Below, in pieces: positions 12,009 through 21,610 of a DNA stretch of 34,159 bases. The DNA lies in NCBI GenBank assembly GCA_003990765.1, contig RBNJ01000285.1, positions 1 through 34,159 of the forward strand. The letters run 5' to 3'. This stretch comes from Jimgerdemannia flammicorona. Its lineage: Eukaryota. The notes beneath the pieces were generated by a model, which was not told the origin of the DNA, searched no databases, and worked only from the letters and a program-made list of their open reading frames with translations. Numbering within the stretch: position 1 is the first letter of the stretch; each line of letters opens with the position of its first letter. The translations under genes were made by a program, and so were the position numbers.

Positions 12009-14171
12009 GATTTAAGATAAATTCCTCACTTTCAAGCTGAACAACAAACAATAGCTACCATTTAAACAATCATATAAACCGAACCAAAATATCCAGATAA
12101 GATAGATATGATATTACCTATGTTCTACAGATATATTTCAGATGAATCAATTATTACCTTTATTGATAATTTCAAGCAATATGCTACTGTAGGAACCCTG
12201 AAAGTAAGATGGTAAGTAGTTCTCATACTCTTCAGTCTCTGAGGTCTAGCAAGAGTAATATTCATAGCTATAATTTATGTAGAAGCAAATAATGATACTA
12301 TGCTAGCAGTATAAAAGACCTAGCTCTGAACTACATACTATATAGATGAGATTAAGTAAACTCTAAAGAATTAGTTCTATAATATACTAAGGAATGAGTG
12401 AAGATCTAAACACATTCTACATCAGAATCTGATATTAGATAATTCTTACTAATTATACTGATATCATTCAAAACCAAGTAGCTGAAGCAACCTTTATAAA
12501 AGAAATCTATCTGAAGATAGCCATGACTATCTGCTTATCATTAGTAGTTCTGGACCTACCACAGAAGGTCACCTATGCTCAGTAATACTAGATAGCCAGA
12601 CATCTACAAGACCATATAATGAAAAGAGTTACTAGAGTCAGAATTAAGACATTCAAGATAACTAGCATATCTCTATTATAATGGTCAATCAAAACACACT
12701 ATAGCTAAAAGCTATAAAATAATAGAGAAACAGTAACTCTATAGAGGAACTCACTAAGAAGTTTGCTGAAGTAACTATCTATCTAAAAGATATAATAAAG
12801 GAAATTAGAGAGAGATCATCACTCAGTTAAGAAGTTTGCTACTATCTCAGACAAAAAAAGAGATATCCACTATAGCTGTAGAGAGGAAGGCCACTATTTT
12901 TATAAATATATAAGTAAAATCAAGTATAAGACTCAGACAAGTAATAGTATCCAAAATAAAGAACAGATCAATATTATTATCTTCAAAGAAATTAGAGAGT
13001 CTATAAAGAAAAATGAAAAGCTTACTCTGCTTAAACTACTAAGAAAGATATCTGCAAGTCCTACAAAAGACCACTAGAAAGGCCCAAGAAGAATCTAGTA
13101 AAAAAGAAAATAGAGATAACTATAGAGAGTGAAATTACCATTGAATAAATAGACCAAGATATAGAGCTTGAACTAGTAGTTGAAGATATTATCTGAGGAA
13201 CTACCTTAGTCAGTAAAGGAGAAAAGATGAAGAAGCTTTACAAAAGCAAGACCTTTAAGAATAATATCTTCAAAGATCTCAGCTAATAAAAGGTTATTAT
13301 AACCTTTGAACAACTGGTAGAAATCTCCACATTTAGGTAATATATAAGATTTGGACTTGCAAAAAAGCCAAAACACAAGACTGAAAGATAACCAAGACCA
13401 ACAATATTCAAGAAGTCTCTGAAGAAGAAAGTAAAGATAATTTCAAGAGCTCTGTCTATATAATCTGTCAGATTGAGATCAGAGTTTTTGAAGCTATTAT
13501 TTATATAAGAGCAGGAGGATATCTCCTTAGTAAGAAAATAGTAGACTACCAAGATTGAGAGGTTGAAGAAGTAATCAGATTAGTATTTATCACAGTAGAT
13601 GGTATAAGAGTCATATCTCTGGAAAAGATCTAAGATATTCCTATTAATATTAGAAGAGCCACTATTCTGGTAGATATAATTATAATCAATATAACTAATT
13701 ATGATATTCTCATTGACAATTAATGGCTTCACAAAGCTAGAGCAATAATTGATCTGAATATTCAGAAGATATAGATTATCTACTATATACAAAAGATACA
13801 AATTTCTATCAATATCAATAAAGAAGTCCTATTCAAAATAAAGGAAAGAGAAAGTAAGTAAAAAGAAGCATATATAGTGACTATTCAGAAAAAGAAAAAG
13901 AATATTAAATGGATGAGTAAAGAGAACTAGGACAAGAAGATTATAGAAGGATATATACTATAAGGAGTCTATTTCTATATAATCAGGATATACTATATAG
14001 AGCATATTAATAATTGCTATCAGTATATATACTAGCAAAATTAAGAAGATCTACTACCAAAGAAGACAGAAGGCTCTTGAGAAAGATACAAGAGAGGAGA
14101 AAGAAGAAAAGAAAGAGAAAAAAGATAACAAATCACCAGCCTTAATAGAAAATAGTGATGATAAAGAAGAG

Positions 14172-14585
14172 ATCAAGGTCAAGATTTGAAAAATTCACTC
14201 TAATATAGTACTACTAGAATATAAGACTGAAAATACAGCTAGAATAGATATTGCCATAATAAATAAATACATCCTTAAGCTTCAGATAATCACCTAACTT
14301 ACAACTAGTCTAGAAATAACTATCCTGAAGAACTATGTTGGAATTCTCAAAATAAGAAGCAGTGTAGCTAGAAGTGAAATCACTATTGAAAGAGAAGTTA
14401 TTGGTTCAGATTATATTGAAGAAATACTATCTATTACTAGGAACTACAATTCTATAATTCTATTTTTAATCAAGAAGAAGGACAAACTAGTGCAGATATT
14501 AATCTTTTAGTTCAATAGCTAAAGATTATAAAAGTCAAGAAGTTGAAGGAAACAAATAGAGAAAATGAATAATTTAGATCTATAG
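14172..14585 (+). pseudogene. dUTPase domain inside pol of copy 1
   Basis: TARIDI (motif I AGxD), KIRSS (motif II), REVIGSDYIEEI (motif III GVIDxDYxG), DKLVQI (motif IV), NRENE*FRS (motif V RGxxGFGS), with transitions. Confidence 0.88.
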
Positions 14586-15534
14586 TTTCACTAGTACTAA
14601 GATTATAGAGCTGGATTACAAGAAAAAGAAAATTATAAACAAGTATAGCTATATTATTAGAAATGAATTTCCACTCAAGAAGGAACTCAAGAAGATATTT
14701 TAGAAATTTGAGGATATCTAGTCACAGATTTCAAGAATATCAAAGGAAAGAGTCCATACTACTAGTGTGATATAGATATAAGAGATATCAAACCAATTTA
14801 CCTAAAAGCAAGACCAATTCCACCAGTCTATTGAGAATAACTTAGAGAAGAAATCAAGCAGATAGAAGAAGCCAATATTATTAAAGAAGCCAGCAGCCCC
14901 GGAGCTTCACCAGTCATACTAGCTCTGAAGAAAAAAAGCAAGTCAGGAGAATTTGTCTCAAGACTCTGCACTAATTACAGAAGACTCAACCTAGTTAACC
15001 AGAAGAATTGCCAACTACTGCCCCTTGTTAGTAATATCCTTGTAACTCTAGAAAATAAAGTATAATATTATAGTATCTTAGATCTGTACTCAGAATTCAA
15101 CCTAATTAGTCTTATAGAGCAGCAAGTGAGAAGTCAGCCTTCATTACCTCAGATGGAATCTATATCTACCTATAAATATTATTTGGAATATATAATATAT
15201 TAGCAAATGATGAATAAAATCTTCTACTATAATATGAGAAGATTGATAATAGTATATATAAGATATGATCATATATATAAGATATCAATAGTATATCCAG
15301 CAGATGATAGAGAAGCTAAAGGAGTATAGTCTATATATCAAGCCTAAGAAGTACAAATTTGTAGGAATTGAGATCCCCTACCTTGGCTATATTATCAATT
15401 GAGATAGAATACACACAGACTCCCTAAATATATAAGTAGTAGCTGTATATCCAAGACCTACTACTGTTACTGAGGATCAAGTCATCATAGGACTAGTCTT
15501 ATATAATTACTAATTTATTAGAAGATTTTCTAAT

Positions 15535-16713
15535 TCTCTTTCTCCACTACCTTACTGGTCACAATAGTTTGGTAGGTAATCTTCCGAGTCTACTTTCTAC
15601 AATTATTACCCCCTCTACCTTAGGTTGGTTTGCTGTACCTATTGCAGGGCAGTGGGAGGGAGGCAATGGTGTTGCCCCTTTATTGGTGTCAGATCGGTGT
15701 CTTCTCCACTTTTTTGCAGTTTCTGGTGCCTTCAGCTGCATCTGGAGTACATCTGTTTTGGTGTAGCACCTTCTTTCTTTTGCCATCGCCAACAAGGTGC
15801 TGTCTCAGTATGTCTTAGGCTACATAGAGAGTCAGCCGACCTTGGGCATCAAGTGCTCAGTGTAGATTACCTGCAGGTTCTCAGTATCTGTAGTGGGGCC
15901 CCCTGGCTTTGGCAAGCTTCCTGGTGAGTGCAGTTCTGGCATAGGTGACTGCTTTTTGGGTGTTTTTGGGATGGGAGGGGAGATGGCCATCACAGATAGG
16001 AGGATGGGTGATAATAGTAGACCAGTAGGGTGCCAGGCTGGGGGCAGTCATCAGGGCTGGGGCAAGTGCTGCTTCAGTGGGGCCTTTTGATTAGTGCAGC
16101 ATGGTTAGGTGGTAGGTCTCACTCTTGGCTTCTTTTGGTGGGTTGGTGGGTTAGGCCCTGGTCATCAGGGGGGGTCGGGGGGCCTGAGGCTACCCATTTC
16201 AGGTGTCTTGGCTGTACTCAACTGGAACTGGGAGCTGACATGGCACCATGATCAAGGCCTACAGGCTTGAGTAGTAGGGTATTGGGGGTCTCCTCCTGCC
16301 TCACATGTAAGTCCTTTACTCACCTTGACTGGGAGAACCAGGCCCTACCCACTGTGTTGTACTTTGATGAGGGTTTTTCTTTACCTGTCATTCTCTTTGG
16401 AGTGACAGGGGCTATTCTATTCAGCTTGGCCATGGCCTTGTACATACATTGGGTTCTTGGGTATGCACTTTTGGTCATTGGCATATGGTTGAGTTTCCTC
16501 TGGTAGTAGGGAGAGCATGGTGTACAGAATGAGGTGCAGGCCACTATAGGTCCTGCTGCATCTAGCATGGTCAAGCTACTGGACAATAGCTAGCCTAGGT
16601 TAATGGGGGGGCAGTGCTTGATGGGTGGTGGGAGAGGGTTTTGGCCTATATAGTCTAGGTTCCCTTCCAATAAAAATCTGCAAAATATTGAGTCTATTAA
16701 AAAAAAAAAAAAA
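15535..16713 (+). mobile_element. 1.18-kb polyadenylated non-LTR insertion within RT of copy 1
   Basis: A15 tail 16699-16713, AATAAA at 16669. 14-bp TSD gaagattttctaat (15521-15534) / ggagattttctaat (16714-16727). Absent from the homologous position of copy 2. Confidence 0.9.
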
Positions 16714-18429
16714 GGAGATTTTCTAATATTATAGGTCCAATCTATAAACTCAATAAGAAGAATATTAAGTTTCAGTATACTGGTAGACAATAGAAAGTAT
16801 TTGATGAACTCAAGATTAGACTGACCCAGATATCCATTCTGAGGAGATCTGATTGAACTTACGAATTCATCCTATAGATAGATATAAGTATAGTTAGATT
16901 AGAAGTAGTTCTAGCTCAGAAAAAAGACAAAGAAGAATATATTATTATATATCTCAGCTGAGAAATTCAAGGAGCTGAAAAGGAATATGAATTCTATAAG
17001 TTAAAATATCTTACAGTCATCTGGACCATAGAAAGTTCCATCGCTATCTTACTGGGAGATACTTCACTATTCAGACAGACCACTCAGCCCTCACTTGGCT
17101 ACTGACTATTAGATAACTTAAAGGAATCTATACTAAATAAATCATAAAGCTCTAGACCTATTTTGTAACTATTATATACTATCTAGGAAGAACTAATGCT
17201 AATATAGATACTCTCTAATAGATACTCCAAAGGACTTCCAATCAGTAAACTAATTATAAATATGAAGCTTTACTATAAAATTATCATCTATCTGAGATAG
17301 CAAAAGATATCCCAATTTCTGGAAGAATAGACATAAATAATTATCAACAGAATATGGAAATAATTTAAAGAAAGAAAAACTACTAGTTATATCCAAATAC
17401 AAGAAGGAGCAAGCTATAAAATCAGTATATGAACTTAGTTATCTCAGAGAAAAAAATATATGATAAAGCAAGAGGAACAATATAATGATCAGGAATAGAA
17501 GAAGATATCAGATAATTTGTCAAGACCTGTAATAAATATTAAAAACAGAAACAAGACTGATGAAATCAGACTCCAGAATTAGTACATATAGAATTAATAT
17601 TTTTTGAATATATTATAATAAATATAATTGGTCCTCTATCCTTAACTTTGACTGGTAATCAATATATTATTGTTATTGTAGACCTTTTTACAAAATGGAT
17701 AGAAGCAGAACTCCTCAAGAAAGTCAGTTCATATATAGTTAATTACCAATTTCTTCAAAAAAAAAAATTATCTGTCAATTCAAAACTTCAATACAAATAA
17801 CTATAGACAGAGGAATAGAATTTATGAACTAGGTTTTTGAAGTTCTCTATAAGAAGTACATATAAGATCTAGCATATTCAGACTACAGCCTATCACTCTC
17901 AGAGAAATGGACAAATAGAAAAGACTAATAAAACTCTTAAGAATATCATCACCAAGATCTGCAATAATTATAAAAACTGGAATTACTATCTGTTAATAGT
18001 ATTATCTGCTCTCTAGAATATCTGATCACAAAGTACTTATTTATTTTTTAAAAAATACTGTTCAGAGAAGAAAGTTCTCAAGAAATTCTATTATTCAATA
18101 GAGATACTGTATAGAAACATATGGATATAAAGATACAGAGACTATACCAAATCAGAAAAAAAGACCAAGAATTATATAACTAAGATATAGGCTCTATAAT
18201 AGAATAATATAGAGAAGATTCACAATTCCTTAGAGATTATTAAGATAGAAGACAAAGTTCTGATATATTAGAATATAGTAAAAGTCTCATAGTTATAAAA
18301 ATTAGAACTCAAGTAGAAAGGGTCTTACCTTGTATAAGATATAAAAAGAATCACCTTTTGGTTATAAAAACTCTTAGTCATAATTATCTCTACTACTATT
18401 TACTAAAATTAACTTAAGAAGTATTACAA

Positions 18430-19236
18430 CTCTTTAATAAAGTACTACCATTGTCCTCAAGATCACTAGTACTGCTGAATGAGCCATAAAAAGGCAATGA
18501 TGTATTATTTTTTTTTTGTAGTCATCTGGACTTTACTATTTATTATCTATTCAGTCTATCAATATATAATTTACAGTATCCCAACCCACTACCCAATCCC
18601 CTGAGAGGGATCCTTCCTGATTTCATTATAATTAAATGCCATCTTATCATCTCTCACCACAACTCTTCCCCCACTCAGCCCATATATCTTCTCTATCAAG
18701 CAGTGCAAATAACCCCACCCCAGCCACCAATCTGTCAAAACATCTCCCATTAGCCCTTCTCATCTCATTACTTACTCTCCCAAACTCAACTACTACCTCT
18801 TCTTAAAAACAAACAACTAGTGCCCAGCCAATCCTACCCAATAATGATATACTATCAAGTCATCTACATATAATAGAGAAATTTTTGATAGTAGATAGAG
18901 TATAATATAGATATATCTGTTATAAATCTCACATTTCAAGACCTATCAGATTTGAACTAAGTTTTAAGAATACTTCAAGTTAAGATAGCTACTAAATTTG
19001 CAGTCATAATTAGGAAAAGAAGACTAGATTAAAGAGTGTAAGCTCTCTTATACCCATATTACTATTGCTAAAAGAGTGTATAAGTTGTTTAAGATGATAC
19101 ACCAGCCCTAGCTCATTTCTAAGAAGTAGTTCTAGAAGACTTTGAACACATCAAGAGATACTATTGAGTAAATATAATAATATAAATTATATAGTATAAA
19201 TAGATATAACTTATAGAAGCTTGGATGTTTAAGTAA
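18430..19236 (+). pseudogene. Cryptic accessory ORF (ORF3) of copy 1, split by the 18509-18840 insertion
   Basis: Frame reads VLKITST..AIKRQ*C / IFDSR*SII*IYLL*ISHFKTY..EYFKLR*LLNLQS*LGKED*IKECKLSYTHITIAKRVYKLFK..EDFEHIKRYY..IEAWMFK*. Colinear with copy 2 ORF3 and ends at the same stop. Confidence 0.65.
18509..18840 (-). mobile_element. 5'-truncated LINE 3' end (332 bp) with poly(A) tail
   Basis: Poly-T 18508-18517 on +. 15-bp decayed TSD gcaatgatgtattat (18494-18508) / ataatgatatactat (18841-18855). G-rich sense strand like the LINEs at 28-33 kb. Absent from copy 2. Confidence 0.85.
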
Positions 19237-19275
19237 ATAGTATACTTTAGAGATAAAATATATTTAAGTGAAAGT

Positions 19276-19722
19276 TATGACAGTTGATCCAAATTAGAAA
19301 TCTAAATCATAGGAGTAGATATTTGATTATAGTATCTGAACCAAATCTCCAAATATAGTATAGCTATATAAATAGCAGTTATTTTACAAATATGAAAATT
19401 TAACAAATATTGAAATTTGATAATTATTAAAATTTCACAGATATCAAGAATCCATACTTGTGAAAAGTAACTCACAGTTATAACTTAGCTATCTTATAGC
19501 TAATAAATTTATATAAATATCTCCAGTATTCAAAGTAAATAAACCTTAGATAAAAATAGTTTAAAGTAAAGAGAAAGTAAGAGAACTAGTAAGCCTACAG
19601 ATAGATATACTTCAAACTCCCATCTCTGCACTCTGAGGACTCTATAAGAATTAGAATAAGATCAAGTTTCTAAGATATGGAAATCTGCCATATTTCTAAG
19701 ATTAGATATCTACTATATTACA
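19276..19722 (+). repeat. 3' LTR of copy 1 (447 bp)
   Basis: TATGACAG (from TGTGA..) ... TTACA; matches 11566-11987; preceded by a purine tract. Confidence 0.93.
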
Positions 19723-20370
19723 ATAAGTATTTAGTTTATTAATATATAAAAATTATTAATACTAATAAAGAAAGAATTATTATTATAAAAAATATTAATA
19801 ATAATAAATAAATTATATTTTATTAAATATTAAAATAAAAATAATATAATATTTAATAATTTTATTATATTATTTTATAATATTAAGATAAATATTTTAA
19901 TTATTAATTTTATTTCTATATATTGAGATATAAAAATTTAAATAAATATTTTTAGAATTAAAGATTATCTATTTTGAGTATAATAATAAAAAAATTTAAT
20001 ATTTTCTAATAATAACTTAAGTATCTTAAAGAATTCTAAAAGGAGAATTTTGAATTTATTTAAGTAAACAAAGAGAATATTTATATAAAATCTAAATAAA
20101 TAAATTAAATAAATTAAATTAAATTAAATTAAATAAAAAATATAAAGATAAGTTTGGATTAAAATAATTAAAAATGATTTATTATATTCTAGAAAGTATT
20201 TATAATTAGCCAAGATAAAATATTTATTATATATTAATAAAAGATAAAAATATCTAACAATAGCTTAGTATTAAAAGAAGAATTCTAAATATTTAAAATA
20301 TATTAAAATATTATATAATATTCAAGAAATAATAAAATAAAATAAAATTACTACCAATTAATTAAACAAT
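19723..20370. other. Extremely AT-rich relic; probably continuous with 11480-11565 as the target of copy 1
   Basis: Same composition on both sides of copy 1; no CpG; no ORF. Confidence 0.45.
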
Positions 20371-20641
20371 TGTAATAAACTTATACTGATAGAATTAATA
20401 TATTATAGATAATCAATTGACTATTAGTTCTAAGTTCTGAATCTTTGAGAGAAAGTACTGAGTTCTAATTATCTATTATAATAGATTAATAAGTCAGGTC
20501 AGAGGGTTATATAATAAGAATACTGCTTTATTCATATATTTGAGAAAAATAGAACTATGATAATTATATACTCAGTACAGAGAATATTTATATATATTTG
20601 AGGCTATGACTAAATATAGTATGCTAGATATATCTATATAT
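20371..20641 (-). mobile_element. Possible solo LTR of another family, split by copy 2 (remainder about 27243-27345)
   Basis: Begins TGTAAT on + (..ATTACA on -), AATAAA on - at about 20527-20532, TATA-like on - at about 20590. Possible 5-bp TSD acaat (20366-20370) / ataat (27346-27350). Confidence 0.3.
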
Positions 20642-21120
20642 TATAATATAGTAGATATATAACTATATAAGTATGTCAGATTTCTATATCTTGAAAACTT
20701 GTTCTTCTTTGACTCCATAGAGTTCTTAGGATGCAGGAGTGGGTGAGCTTGAAGTGTATCTGCCTACAGGCTTACTAGTTCCTTTGCTTTCTCTTTGCTT
20801 TGAACTATTTTAATCTAAGGTTTATTTACTCTAGATATTGGAGATATTTATATAAGTTTACTAGCTATAAGATGGCTAAGTTATAACTATATTTCTGTGA
20901 GTCACTTTTTGATATCTGCTAAATCTTTGACAATTGCCAAACTTTAATATCTGTAAAGTTTTCAACATTTGCTAAAACTTTAACATTTGCTATAACTTAA
21001 ACATTTGCAAAATATGGATACTATTTGTAAAGCTATACTATATTTGGAAATTGGATTCAAGTATTATAATCAAATGTCTATTTCTCTGATTTATGTTCTT
21101 AATTTGGATCAACTATCACA
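20642..21120 (-). repeat. 3' LTR of copy 2 (479 bp)
   Basis: TGTGATAG ... TTATA on minus; direct repeat of 26783-27242. Confidence 0.93.
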
Positions 21121-21161
21121 ACTTTCTCCTAAATAGATGATTCATCTCTAGAGTATCCTAT

Positions 21162-21610
21162 TTACTCAAACTTCCAAGCTTCCATGATTTTTATCTTCTT
21201 GTACTATAAAATTTGTGCTATTATGTTCTCTCAATGGTATCACTTGATATATCCAAAGTCTCATAAAGTTACTCCTCAGAGATGAGCTAGGACTTATTCA
21301 TCTTTTTTGAATAACTTGGATACTCTTTTAGTAATAGTAATCTGAGTATAAGAGAGCTGACATTCTCTGATCTAGTCTTCTTTTCCCATCTCTGCCTGTA
21401 AGTTTAGTAGCTGTTCCAACTTGAAGTATTCTTAAAACTCAGTCTAGTTCTCGTAGGCCTTGAAGTATAAGATTCATAACAAGTATATCTAGACTATACT
21501 CTGGATACTGTCAAAGGATTCTTCTAGAACCAGTAGCTCAGTAGTACACTATTGTCTTTCTATAGCTCATTGTATAGCACTGGTGATCTTGAGGGCTGTA
21601 GCAGTACTTT
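21162..21610 (-). pseudogene. Cryptic accessory ORF (ORF3, ~150 codons) of copy 2
   Basis: One frame with no frameshift: TALKITSAIQ*AIERQ*CTTELLVLEESFDSIQSIV*IYLL*ILYFKAYEN*TEF*EYFKLEQLLNLQAEMGKED*IRECQLSYTQITITKRVSKLFKKDE*VLAHL*GVTL*DFGYIK*YH*ENIIAQIL*YKKIKIMEAWKFE*. Internal stops are revertible to Q/R/W by the prevailing transitions. Confidence 0.7.

Larger units (their letters stand above)
11566..19722 (+). mobile_element. Ty3/gypsy LTR retrotransposon, copy 1 (decayed, two nested non-LTR insertions)
   Basis: 5' LTR about 11566-11987 (first ~23 nt missing), PBS 11991, gag from about 12051, decayed protease site (AIIYIRAG, about 13495), dUTPase 14172-14585. RT motifs PVILALKK..RLCTNYRRLN, RNase H and integrase (VDLFTKWIEA..TIDRGIEF). 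PPT-like tract 19263-19275, 3' LTR 19276-19722. Domain order PR-RT-RH-IN is gypsy-type. Confidence 0.95.

Noticed and set aside
12051..18430. Frequent in-frame TGA/TAG/TAA as an alternative genetic code
   Set aside because: Stops differ between the two copies and map to Q/R/W codons by transition; the host gene reads in the standard code.
21162..21610. Calling ORF3 an env gene or chromodomain
   Set aside because: No signal peptide, TM helix or furin site, and no chromodomain Y.VKW motif.
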